From positions 27,404,001 to 27,468,000 of the forward strand of contig OZ038379.1 in NCBI GenBank assembly GCA_964036045.1: DNA of 64,000 nt. Direction: 5' to 3'. Positions 46,300 to 59,009 of this stretch are shown here, one piece after another. The notes under the pieces were generated by a model that ran no database searches, was not told where the DNA came from, and saw only the letters and a program-made list of their open reading frames with translations. Numbering within the stretch: the stretch's first letter is position 1; each line of letters begins with the position of its first letter. Source of the DNA: Eutreptiella sp. 'Long Island Sound 2002'. Its lineage: Eukaryota; Protista; Euglenida. A program made the position numbers and the translations under genes.

Positions 46300-47087
46300 A
46301 GAGCTTGGACTGCCATGGATCTGGATTTGTGCCCCCTTGATGGACCCCACCCCATCCCACACGACGTTGAAACGAGAGTTCCCATCCACATGCGTCCCCA
46401 GATTTGATCACCATCACTCACCCAAAGCCCCAGCCTTGCAATGTAGCGACAGCAAGACTACAATCATGAACACCTGATCTATGGCTCCTGAAATCTATAA
46501 GTCTATTCCAGAACTAGCCTTTCTCCTGACCATTCAGCCTGGCCTCACTTCAGTCGTGCATTTCACAAATTGGATGGTCCTTAATCATGGTCCCTCTTTG
46601 TTTTTTTGCACGGAGGACTGTGGTTGTCGGTTGATCAATGGCGGTTGACAGTCAAACGCAGCAATCGCAGGCAGTTTGCGGTCAACCGAATGATGATCCA
46701 ACGATGATGGCTGGCGCATAGACGGCGATTGGCAATGACTCTCCGTGGATTTTAAATTTTAGGATTCAATTGTTGCTTTTTCCTCTCCTACGAATCGCCC
46801 CTGCTGACAGGCAAGCAAGCACATTGTCTTGCGCACAACATTGTCTGGATGGACCAACGTTGTTGACGCTGGCCGATTTGTTGAGGTTTACCACTCCACA
46901 TTTTGGGATTGCCTGCTTCGGTTAAGATGCAGAGGACCTGCAGCACAATGCCTGTGCAAGGAGCTGCCAGGGGCTCACATCCAGGGCAACCACCCACTGC
47001 ACATGCGCCTCACCTGTGACCCAACCCACGTCGTGCTATACTCAGCCCATATACCTCACAGGGCTGCAGGTGTGATCTACCCCCTGT

Positions 47088-47765
47088 GGTGATTCATTGA
47101 AGGGTCGACTCCCTTCAATGATTCACCGCTAGACCCCTCAATGAATCACTGCAGGGGGTCTACACCCATTTACAAGGGCTGCGGTGATTGATTCAAGGGA
47201 GTAGACCCTTCAATGAATCACCGCAGGGGGTTTACATCCATTTACAAGGGCCGCGGTGAATCACTGAAGGGAGTGGACCCTTCAATGAATCACTGTAGGG
47301 GGTCTACACCCATTTACAAGGGCTGCGGTGATTGATTCAAGGGAGTAGACCCCTCAATGAATCATGGCAAGGGGTCCACACCCATTTACAAGGGGCACGG
47401 TGAATCATTGAAGGGAGTAGACTCTTCAACGAATCGGTTTACACCCATTTACAAGGGCTGCGGTAAGTCATTGAAGGGAGTAGAATTTCAATGAATCATC
47501 GCAGGAAGTCCACACCCATTTACAAGTGATGCGGTGAATCATTGAAGGGAGTAGATTGTTCAATGGATCACTGCAGGGGATCTACACCCATTTACAAGGG
47601 CTGCAGTGATTCACTGAAGCGAGTAGACCCTTCCATGAATCACCGCAGGGGGTCCACACCCATTTATAAGGGGCGCGGTGAATCATTGAAGGGAGTAGAC
47701 CCTTCAATGAATCATTGCAAGGGGTTTACACCCATTTACAATGGGTGCGATGATTCATTGAAGGG
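47088..47765. repeat. 72-bp palindromic minisatellite, ~9.5 units
   Basis: ACACCCATTTAC recurs every 72 bp (one 63-bp unit); each unit contains TGATTCATTGAAGGG-6nt-CCCTTCAATGAATCA. Confidence 0.92.
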
Positions 47766-50700
47766 GACCTATGGGGGCCTATGGGGGTCTATGCGGGTCA
47801 ATGGGGGCCGTTGGGGGTCTATGCGGGCCTGTGGGGGTCTATGGGGACCTATGGGGTCTATAGGGACCTATGGGGTCCTATGGGGACCTATGGGCGCCTA
47901 TTGGGGCCTATGGGTACCTATGGAGACTTTTGGGGCCCTATGGGGACCTCCGGGGACCTTTGGGGGCCTTTTGGGGCGTATGGAGAGCTTTGGGGACCTA
48001 TGAGGACCTTTGGGTCCCCTTCGGGACTTATGGGGACCTCTGGGCACATATGGGCACCTATGGGGGTCTATGGGGACCTATGGGGGTCTATGGGGACCTA
48101 TGGGGGCCTATGGGGGTTTGTGGGGACCAATGGGGACCTATGGGAGCCTTTGGAGACTTTTGGGGACTTATGTTGACCTATGTTGACCTATGGGGACCAA
48201 TGGGGACTTTTGGGGACTCTGGGGACCTATGCGGACCTATGCGGACTCTTTGGGACTTTTGGGGACCCATGGGGACCTATGGGGGTCTATGGGGGCCTAT
48301 GGGGACCTATGGGGGTCTATGGGGACCTATGGGGACCTATGGGGGCCTATGGGGACCGGGGACCTATGCGGACCTTTCGGGACCTATGGGGGCCTATGGG
48401 GGTTTGTGGGGACCTATGGGGACCTATGGAGGTCCCCAAAGGTCCCCATAGGTGCCCATAGGTGCCCATAGGTGCCCACAGACCCCCAAAGGCCCCCATA
48501 GGCCCCCAAAGGTCCCGAAGAATCCGCATAGGTCCGCATAGATCCTCAAAGGTCCCTATAGGTCCCCATAGGTGCCCATAGGTCCCCACAGACCCCCATA
48601 GGTCCCCATAGGTCCCCATAGGCCCCCATAGGTCCCCATAGGTCCCCATAGGCCCCCATGGGTCCCCATAGGTCCCCATAGGCCCCCATAGGTCCCCAAA
48701 AGTCCCGAAGAGTCCGCATAGGTCCGCATACCCCAAAGGTCCTCAAAGGTCCCCAAAGGTCCCCAAAAGTCCCCATCGACCCCCATAGACCCCCAAAGGT
48801 CCCCATAGACCCCCCATAGGTCCCCATAGGTCAACATAAGTCCCCAAAAGTCTCCAAAGGCTCGTATGGGCCCCGATGGGGACCTATAGGGACCTTTGAG
48901 GATCTATGGGGACCTATGCGGATTCTTCGGGACCTTTGGGGACCTCTGGGGGCCTTTGGGGGTCTGTGGGGACCTATGGGCACCTATGGGCACCTATGGG
49001 GACTTTTGGGGACCTATGGGCCCCGATGGGGATCTATAGGGACCTTTGAGGATCTATGCGGGCCTGTGGAGACCTATGGGGATTTAACGGGACCTATTGG
49101 GCACCTATGGGGACCCTCTGGGGGCCCATGGGGACCCATGGGGACCCTGTGGGTGCCCATGGGGACCTATGGGGACCTATGGGGACCCCGTGGGTGCCCA
49201 TGGGGACCTATGGGTACCTATGGGTACCTATGGGGACCTATGGGTAACTCTGGGGGCCTATGGGCACCTATGGGGACTTTTGGGGACCTTTGGGGACCTA
49301 TGCGGACCTTTGGGGACCTTTGGGGATCTATGCGGACTCTTCGGGACCTTTGGGGACCTATGGGGATCTGTGGGGACCTATGGGGGCCTATGGGGGTCTG
49401 TGGGGACCTATGGGGGCCTATGGGGGTCTGTGGGGACCTATGGGCATCTATGGGCACCTATAGGGACCTTTGAGGATCTATGGGGACCTATGGGGACCTC
49501 GTGGGTGCCCATGGGGACCTATGGGGACCTATGGGGACCTATGGGGACCTATGGGTAACTCTGGGGGCCTATGGGCACCTATGGGGACTTTTGGGGACCT
49601 ATGGGCCCCGATGGGGATCTATAGGGACCTTTGAGGATCTATGCGGGCCTGTGGAGACCTATGGGGATTTAACGGGACCTATTGGGCACCTATGGGGACC
49701 CTCCGGGTGCCCATGGGGACCCATGGGGACCCTGTGGGTGCCCATGGGGACCTATGGGTACCTATGGGTACCTATGGGTACCTATGGGGACCTCTAGGGG
49801 CCTATGGGCACCTATGGGGACTTTTGGGGACCTTTGGGGACCTATGCGGACCTTTGGGGATCTATGCGGACTCTTCGGGACCTTTGGGGACCTATGGGGG
49901 TCTATGGGGACCTATGGGGGCCTATGGGGATCTGCGGGGACCTATGGGGACCTATGGGGACTAAGGGCGGCTATGGGGAGCTATCGGGACCCTATGGCTG
50001 CCCATGGGGACCTATGGGGACCTACGGGGACATATGGGGGCATATGGGGAGCTAGGGGGACCAATGGGCAGCTATGGGGACCCTATGGGGACCTATGTGG
50101 ACCTATGGGCAGCTTTGGGGACCTATGGGCCCCGATGGGGACCTATAGCGACCTTTGAAGATCTATGCGAACCTATGCGGACTCTTCGAGACCTTTGGGG
50201 ACCTATGGGGGCCTATGGGGGTCTGTGGGGACCTATGGGGGCCTATGGGCACCTATAGGGACCTTTGAGGATCTATGCGGACCTATGCGGATTCTTCGGG
50301 ACCTTTGGGGACCTATGGGGGCCTATGGGGGTCTGTGGGGACCTATGGGGACCTATGGGGACCTTTGGGGACCTATGGGGGCCTATGCGGGCCTGTGGAG
50401 ACCTATGGGGATTTAACAGGACCTATTGGGCTCCTATGGGGACCCTCCGGGTGCCCATGGGGACCTATGGGAACCTATGGGGGCCTATGGGTACCTATGG
50501 AGACTTTTGGGGCCCTGTGGGGACCTCTGGGGACCTTTGGAGACCTTTTGGGGTGTATGGGGAGCTTTGGGGACCTATGAGGACCTTTGGGGACCTGTCG
50601 GGACTTATGGGGACCTATGGGCACCTATGGTGGCCTATGGGGACCTTTGGGGGCCTCAGGGGTTCGTGGGGACCTATGGGGGTCTATGGGGACCTATGGG

Positions 50701-51901
50701 GGCCTATGGGGACCGGGGACCTATGCGGACCTTTCGGGACCTATGGGGGCCTATGGGGGTTTGTGGGGACCTATGGGGACCTATGGGAGCCTTTGGTGAC
50801 TTTTGGGGACCTATGTTGACCTATGGGGACCTATGGGGACTTTTAGGGGTCTATGGGGGCCTACGGGGACCTATGGGCACCTATGGGGGCCTATGGGGAC
50901 TTTTGGGGACCTATCGGAACCTTTGAGGATCTATGCGGGCTTGTGGAGACCTATGGGGACTTATCGGGACCTATTGGGCAGCTATGGGGACCCTCCGGGT
51001 GCCCATGGGGACCTATGGGAACCTAGGCGGGCCTTTGGGGACCTATGGGGACCCTGTGGGTGCCCATGTGGACCTATGGGTACCTATGGGGACCTATGGG
51101 GACCTATGGGGACCTATGGGGACCAAGGGCGGCTATGGGGAGCTATCGGGACCCTATGGCTGCCCATGGGGACCTATGGGGACCTACGGGGACATATGGG
51201 GGCATATGGGGAGCTAGGGGGACCAATGGGCAGCTATGGGGATGTGGACCTATGGGCAGCTTTGGGGACCTATGGGCCCCGATGGGGACCTATGGGGACC
51301 TATGGGGGCTGTGGGGACCTATGGGGAGTTTTGGGGAGCTATGGGGACCCGTGGGGACCTATGGGGGCCTATGGGGACCTACGGGGAGCTAGGGGGACTA
51401 ATGGGCACCTATGGGGACTTTTGGGGACCTATGGGCCCCAATGGGGTCCTATGGGGACCTATGGGGACCTATGGGAACCTAAGGGGGCTATGGGGAGCTA
51501 TGGGGACCTCATGGGTGCCCATGGGGACCTACGGGGACATATGGGGGCATATGGGGAGCTAGGGGGACCAATGGGCAGCTATGGGGACCCTATGGGGACC
51601 TATGGGGACTTTTGGGGGCCTATGGGCCCTAATGGGGTCCTAGGGGGCCTTTGAAGGCCTATGGGGACCTATGTTCCCCACTTTTTCTGGATTCTGGTGT
51701 TTAGTTTTTTCCATGTTGGCTTGATTTTTCACATGCCCCTATGGGGAGTTTTTGGGAGCTATGGAGACTTACGAGGACCTATGGGGACCTATGGGGACTT
51801 TTGGAGTCCTATGGGGACCTATGGGGACCTTTGGGGCCCTATGGGGACCTTTGGGGACCTATGGGGAGTTTTGGGGAGCTATGGGGACTTACAAGGACCT
51901 A
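47763..51901. repeat. ~4.1-kb G-rich (GGGGACCTAT)n satellite with higher-order structure and an internal inversion (48430-48862)
   Basis: 10-bp periodicity; strand switch to ATAGGTCCCC; 47920-48440 recurs at ~50495-50790. Confidence 0.95.
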
Positions 51902-52375
51902 TGTTTCCCACTTTTTCTAGATTCTGGCTGTTTGGTTTTTTCCTGCTTTTCCTTGTTGGCTTGATTTTTCACATGCCCCAGTTTCCCAACCCCTTTTGTT
52001 TTTTTCTTTCTTTTTGGGGTGGGGGGCATCAGATTTTGGCACACCCATTTTGGCACCCCCCCACCCCCCTTCCTCCAAGCATCAGGCCTATCTTGTATAC
52101 ACTGCAAACACAACATGCCACATCAGACATCAGACATTAGACCTTATACACATACTTGGCATGCCGCAGTGCCACATTCTGGGAGCTGTTGGTGGGGGTG
52201 CCGCAGCATGCCGCAGCGGCCTAAATTTTTCACATGGCGCACTTTTTTTTGATAACAAGTTGAACCTTTGGACCCTTTGTTGAGTAGCCTCAGGAGTTGA
52301 CATGGAACAGAGACACCAAAAAAAACGAAAATATGTGGAACAGCAGAGAAGAATTGACAGGCAAGAATTTGACAG

Positions 52376-52450
52376 ATTTGGGTATTGAACCAGGGACTTT
52401 TCACACTGGAGTCAAGTACCTCAACAACTGAGCTACCATCCAGTTCTGGC
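52376..52450 (-). other. tRNA-derived Pol III-like head
   Basis: Minus strand reads TAGCTCAGTTG…GGTTCAATACC; adjacent to the GCAGCATGCCGCAGC repeat family. Confidence 0.5.
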
Positions 52451-55000
52451 ACCTCTGTGCTACAAGGAACAAGGAGACAACCAGGAGTACAGCAGATTGT
52501 TTACAGTGGGCCATTGGGGAATGTATTGGGGACCACCTTAGCCTAACTGACAGCCAAGGTGAGTCCCAAAATGGACAAGAAACAAAAATGTGAGGAGGAG
52601 CAGTAGAAATGCGCCCAATTCTGAATTGATGCAGCAGTGTTGATGTTTGCAGGGTGTTAGGGCAAGCGTTTCACTCTGTTTTGGTCTCCTTTTTGACATT
52701 TGTGTGTGTTTTGGAAAAGGATGGTACCCTCCACCAACAGCCTGAAGCATGCCGCGGCATGCCGCAGCGAGGCAAAATTTTCTCGGGGACCGTTGGTGCC
52801 TGGTCATGTATTATATGAGCTACAACATCGTTTGCCACTGCCTTTTCGGGGGTCCTCACTGCTGGAGCGGGGGGGATCACAGATTGGGTGAATGTGCTCT
52901 GCAACATGCTCGGGCAGTATGTGTCTGACTGGGGTGGTCTCTTAATTTCTTCGCGATTTATACAACCCGTGCATCAACACATGCAAAAGTGTTGTGTCAT
53001 TTTGTCTTTTTTGGGGGTTGGAATTGGATATCATTTGGTTGCCCTTGAAACAATTGTGATGATGCCAAGACCTGGTGTGTTATGATTGCTTGCTGCATTC
53101 TTTTTTTGCATGTATTTGCTTGGCCATGCAGGCACTACTGGACATACTTGTCCCTTGTTTTGTTGCTCAGCACGTTTTGAGTTTCTTTTGCTCAGCGATG
53201 TTGCCTTTTATTTTGAAGACATACGGGCACTCTGACCTCATGGTGCACGCAGTGCACGTGATGTGCACCAGGTATCCTGATGCAAAATTACTTTTGCAGT
53301 GCCATGCCGACTGATGCAGCAGCTTGTGGGAGCAACAGCTCTTTGACTGGCTGACTGACTGTGGTCAGTGGTTTGCTGTGGGCCAACACAATAAGAGTAG
53401 GGGTTGTTCGCGGTCATCCAATAGCAGCTGATGGTAATGTGCTTCGTTATCCAACAGCTGTTGAGAAAGCCCCCTCTCCACCTGAGTGTCCTCTTCAGGG
53501 GATTGCCAGGGTCTACAGGATGGGAACAGAGGGGTGGGGCGGCAGCACAGACGCACAAAACAAAACAAAACAAAAAGAATCTGGAAGCACCCGTTGGCAA
53601 ACTAACTCCATCTGCATGTTTTGCCACCCCACACGCCACCCAAAGATGGGGAGTGGGGAATGGGGGCCAACTGGGAGGGGCTGGGAGATATCGGGAGTGG
53701 GGAGCTGGGGTTTTTGGGACAGGCAGAATCGGGGGAGGTTTTCCGCACCCGCCACCCCAAGGAACCAGCGCCCCCCAAGCCTTGGAAGGTCCAGCGAGCT
53801 GCATTGGACAGTGTGTTGGGAGGCAAACTCACTTGTGATGGGTGTAGCAGTCATGGGGGAAACCATCCAAAAGCAGAGGCCCTGGGCTGGTAGCCCCCTC
53901 CGCCCCGCCACACCTAAACCGGTCTTTTATGGTAAGCCTCCAGACAGAGAATGTGTACAAGAAAAACCAAGCCCGAGACGTACAACGGCATGTCTTTGTA
54001 TCTACAGTTCCTCAGGACCAAGGGGGGCAGGGGGCACTAGAGCTCCGGGCCTCTGCAAAGATCTAACTGCAGATTCCAAGGATACTGCAGAAGCCTCATG
54101 TGCCTTTGGGAAGGAGATATGGGACCCCATTGGAAAAGCCCCGGTAGAACACACAGGCCACCTCCTGTGGACAGCAGGGTCAGACCCCTTCACACCATGG
54201 GTTGACCACTACTATGTTCTGGACCTATCTGACTCCCCGTTCTTCCATTGGACAGAGTGTAACCCAAACACATGTGAGCCACAGGATTAGTGGTCCCAAA
54301 TCGACTTAGATGGGTTCTTAGTTGCAGCAATGCAAGAAGCCCACGCACAACACAACCACCCAAAAGAATCACCAGACCAGCATTCCTAGCACATGATACA
54401 CAATTTATTACTACCACATTTTGTGTGTGCATTTCTATATTAGGATGGCTTGGCAAAGCAGTATGCACTGCGTGCCCGCAAATGCCAACGTCTTTGTCGG
54501 ATGTAGCAATCAAATGTGACGTGAGTTTTGCTGGGTGAAAGAGGGTCCCCCCGTAGCAACACCACAGAGGTATTGGCACTGCTGTCTGTTCATTGTGGCC
54601 ACTGTCTACTGTGTTGCATTATCAACTCAGGGACATGCTGGCCTCTCACATCTCTCGCCTCTCGCCTCACGCCTCTCGCACCAAGAGGATGGGGGAGGAG
54701 GGGAGGCTGCAGCTGCAGGTGGCAGGTAGTCCTCCACACCATTCCACTGGCATATGCAGTGCAAGATTCCCTTGCAAAACATGCGAAAACTATGCGGTTT
54801 TAGGCATTTTGTTTAGTGTTTTGGTTGGCCAATTGCACACTGTCCCAGGCCGCGGGCTGTCACATTGGGGGTGGGGGGCAAACTGCCGGCGTTAGACCAA
54901 GAACTGAATGATCAGCAGATCTTTGTGGGATCAGCACAATGAGTGGGTTCAGGCCGTCATTATTGAGGATCGCACCCCATTTCTTTTCGCGTTCAGTCTC

Positions 55001-57382
55001 ATGAGCTCTTCTGAAGCCGACAGCCTCAGCGAGGCCCTCTCCACGCACTCACCAGTAACCCCCATTGCGGAGCCCGAAAGCACCCGCGCCGCCGATGCCG
55101 TCACCGTCATGTCTGACCAGGAGCTCACGGCCCGAGGCCTGACCTGCCCCATCTGCCTCTCCTTCTTCTGTGAGCCCTTGTCCCTGTCCTGCGGCCATGC
55201 CCTGTGCCGCATATGCCTCCTGCAGAGCACACGCCTGTGCCCCGATGGGCGCAACTGCCCCATGTGCCGTGTCACTATCAGCATCAAGGACCCCTTGACG
55301 CACCCGGTGGACGCTGACCTCGAGGCCCGCGTCCGCGCTTCGGTGCCGGAGGTAGAGTACTCGCAGCGCGCAGAGAAGGCGGCGGAGGAGTTGGAAGAGC
55401 TGCAGAAGGCGGAGCAGCACAATCTCCCGGTGTTCTACATGCGGGGGGGATGCCGGGTGGGGCAGCAGGTGTGTGCACACCTGCGTGCACTTTTCTCTGA
55501 GTGGTCCTCAATCACTCCTCTTTCTGTTGTTGTTGTTGTTGTTGTTGTTGTCGTCTTCTTCGCACAAAACAACACACTAACAGGATCCCTCGAGAATTGT
55601 CAGTTGGCCAAGGAAGCTGATGGTCAACCGACGACGTTTGGTGCAGAAGCGACTGCAGTGGATGCTCAACTGACGGTGGTTGGTGTCCGATCGACGACAG
55701 TTGATGTCCAACGGACGGCGTCAGGCCATGTGCCAACAAGTCAATGGCCAACCGAACGCAGGTGGCAGTTGACCAACAGCAGTTGTTACTTCATGCGCTC
55801 CACGTGCACAGGCACTTGTATTGTTTGGGGTACACCTATGAGACACTCGTCTGTGGACCCACAGGATCAACGGCATGCCGGGAGCTGCCTGCAGTGAACG
55901 TGTTGTTGTGCACTGCAACCACCATCCGGAAGAGTCCGGCTGTGGGAGAGGCATCTGAGCATGCCACTCCACAACCTTATTTCAGGGGATTGATCCTGTG
56001 TCGAGGGCCTGTGGTGCAGATCAGTGCAACCTGTTCATGCCTCAGTGACAGCCGTTGGCAGAGATTCTCTCCTTCCATGACCCCCGACTCTTTGATTGAA
56101 TGACAGACTGCTTGCACTGCATGTGTCTGTGAGGAAGAGGACATTTCGTTCCCTTTTGGGGCACCAGGGAATTTTCTGGAGCACTGCCCACAACATCATC
56201 TTCTGGGATGACCCTTTCTCAGAGGATCATATCAGTATCGATTTAGAGGCGCCCCAGACCCCTCCAGGCCACCCCCAAACCTCCGTGGGGCTCATGAGGG
56301 GAGGGGAGGGAAGAGGAGCAAACTCTGCAGCACCTCGTGGAGGCCAAGTATCAGACACCGCTAAAGCCGCACGACAAGGTCAGAGTCAACAGGCCAGCAG
56401 CAGGTACAAGAGGGACAGGGGACCAGCAGCGTCACATGCAACGGGCAGAAGCGATGCACCGCTTTGCGGCCCAGGCTGACGATTGGGCAGAGGTCCGACG
56501 GAAACAAACGAAGAACTGAAAGAACGGACACAAACGGGGCGGTGTGTCGTGCAAGGGGGGGGGGGGGGGGGGTTCCCCCTCCTCTTTTTCCTGTCCCTTG
56601 CCTTTTGGGGGATGTCCAGGATGTGTGTCGCCCCCGCAGCTCCTGTGCTCTGTGTGATCTCACGGCAGGTGGCGCTGCATTTGTTCGAGCCGCGGTACAA
56701 GATCCTCATTCGGAGGGCCATGGAGGGCAAGCGGCTGTTCCTCTACGGCGAGGGGGTCCCCAAAGCAGGGGCCTCCGCTGTGGTCGTGCGCGTTGTCCAT
56801 GCCCAGATTCTGCCCGATGGCTGCGCAGACATTGTTGGTGTCGGGGTTGAGCGCGTGCACATGGCGCGGGTGTGGGTCGAGGACGGGACCCAGGGGCTGT
56901 ACTACGGCCACTGTGACCCCACCAAAGTCGGGACCGCTGCCCCGCCAGAGCCCAGCGACACTGTCCTCCCGCTGCCAGGCCCGAACCAGCTCCCCGTCTT
57001 CTTCCACGGCTCCGGGGTGTCCGTGGGTCGACCGGTGGCGCTGCGGTTCTTCGAGGCCCGATATGTACTGATGATGGAACGGATCATGCGACAGTCCGAC
57101 GCCGGCGCGCGGCGCTTCATTTACGCCCCGGCCCGGGCCGAGGACGGTATGCACGCGGTGGTGGTGCAGGTCTCCCGGGCCTGCGCCACAGGGAGCGTCT
57201 GGAGTGTGCAGGGCAAGGCGGTGCAAGGCGGCAGACTGCGCGCAGTCGTGACGGTGGAGGGAACGCATGGCCTGCACTACGCCACATTCGAGCCCGACTC
57301 CCGCTCAAGCGAGCCCCGCCTCACCCGTCGCGCTTCAAGTTTTTTGCGTCGCAGCCGGTCCACCGGCTGTGCCATTTCATGA
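55001..57382 (+). CDS. C3HC4 RING + two LON-N (PUA-like substrate-binding) domains + C-terminal CaaX; join(55001-55468,56669-57382), 393 aa (LONRF-like putative E3 ligase)
   Basis: CPIC…CGHALCRIC…CPMC; LPVFY…GQQ|VALHLFEPRYKILIRRAM repeated as LPVFF…GRPVALRFFEARYVLMMERIM; 1200-nt phase-0 GT-AG intron; AG 4 nt before ATG. Confidence 0.88.
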
Positions 57383-59009
57383 GTTGAAGGCAGTCTGCAA
57401 GAAGTCGGATTTTCTTTTTTTAAGCGACCCCCCCACCCTCCCACCCCCCACCACCACCCCACACCCGGTCCCAAGTCAGCAGCAATGCCAGCATCTGCAC
57501 CAGCATCGGCATGGAAGCGTGGAATGGCAGTTTGTTTTTCCTGACGGTGATTGATTCAGCCGTTTTTGAGGACTGTGCCAAACGAGGTTTACGATCGTGA
57601 GAATCAAGCAATTTCGACGCAAAAACGGAACCCGTTGGTGGTGCTCAGCACCAAAGCCGCCTGGTTTGAATTTATGGCCATCAAAAAAAATGGATTCGGA
57701 GTGTCCTCTGGCTGGTGCAGATGCGGGGGGGGCTGGCGCTGCTGCTGGTACCGGCGCACATCTCCGGTGGGTTTTGTGCACTGCTTGCAGCGTGCGTGGG
57801 CCAGCTGCAGACTCAACGCCCACTGTTGCACATGCGATCCCCACAAAGTGACGGGCCCGGCAGTTTCGCATCCCTGTCCTTCTGCTGCACTGGCATGGGC
57901 CCATCGATGGGGCTCAGTGGCAGGATCGCCCTTTTGGGCCCAGGCTGCTTACAGCGTTTTGTTTTCGCCGCGCCCTTTGTAGTTATAACCCTCATCACCC
58001 TCGTAACTTTCCCCAAAGAGGCTGGGGTATCGTTTGTGCGCGGCACTGCAGTAGTCACGTGTTGCCTGTGTCCAAACCCCTTGGCCCCCCCCCCTCCCCC
58101 TATATAATTATTATAGCTGTCTGTTTCCGTCCGTCTGTGGTATTTGTCAACAGAAATGGGCTTTCGTCGACCAGGTCATGCACACCAGACCGCTGTATCG
58201 GCAGCATAACAGTGGGACGGTGTGAAGCGCAACAAACGAAGTTACGATCGCACAGCAAATGGTTTGCTATCAACTGCACCACAGCATCAGTCCCTAACAA
58301 GTGTGTGGCAGTGTCATAATCTAATGGGGGTGTTTGTGGCCTCCCCCTTGCACACATGGCGATCCCTCTGAGGGCATCCGTCCATGGGCCTCTCTCTGCC
58401 TCGGCCTGCCCCAGCAACGCCTGCGCCTACGCTTGTGCCTCGGCTTTGCGGATGTATCTGATCGTGCGTCTGGCCTGGGCCTAGGGAAGTGCTTGCGCCT
58501 GTGCGCTTTCCAGTGCCTCAGCCTGAGCCTGCGACTGCATCGGGCAGAGAGCCCTGAAATGGTGTCCTGTCTGAGGGCCAGCTGAGGGTCGTGCAGGCAA
58601 CACTGGCCGGTGTAGGCGGTATGCGCTGCGCCGGCCTCTCTCTGGGAGCGGCCGACGATTCTATTTCTATTCTTGAGCATGTGCAACACCAAAACGCCCC
58701 ATCCCCCACTGCCTCACACCCACTGACAAGAAGTGGCCTCCCGGTTGCTGCCATCCAGTGCCAGTGCCATCCAGTACAATGCAAGCGCCTACGCTCTGCC
58801 TGACTGAGTGTGTTGCCAGGACTTGGGCGCCCCTCACGGCAGCATGGCAACGTTTCTGGGGACGTGTTTCTGTCCAGCGCTTGAAATGTATCTGCATGCT
58901 GCATCTGAATCGTGTGTTGGGGGGAGTGGCAGGGCTGCACTAGAAGGGGGGAAAACTTGTTTTAAGAAGGAGGTGCCCCCGACAACCAACCGGCAAACTT
59001 ACTTGGCCC

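Noticed and set aside
47088-47765. CRISPR-like array of palindromic repeats
   Set aside because: Inter-repeat segments are copies of each other rather than unique spacers; no cas genes; eukaryotic context
47781-51654. Dozens of long ORFs with MGTYGDLWGP repeats
   Set aside because: They arise automatically from a stop-free 10-bp repeat: all three frames give the same peptide, frames shift freely, and the array inverts internally
53361-54290. 309-codon ORF upstream of the RING gene
   Set aside because: Mosaic low-complexity translation with no convincing motif; not linkable by splice sites to the RING gene
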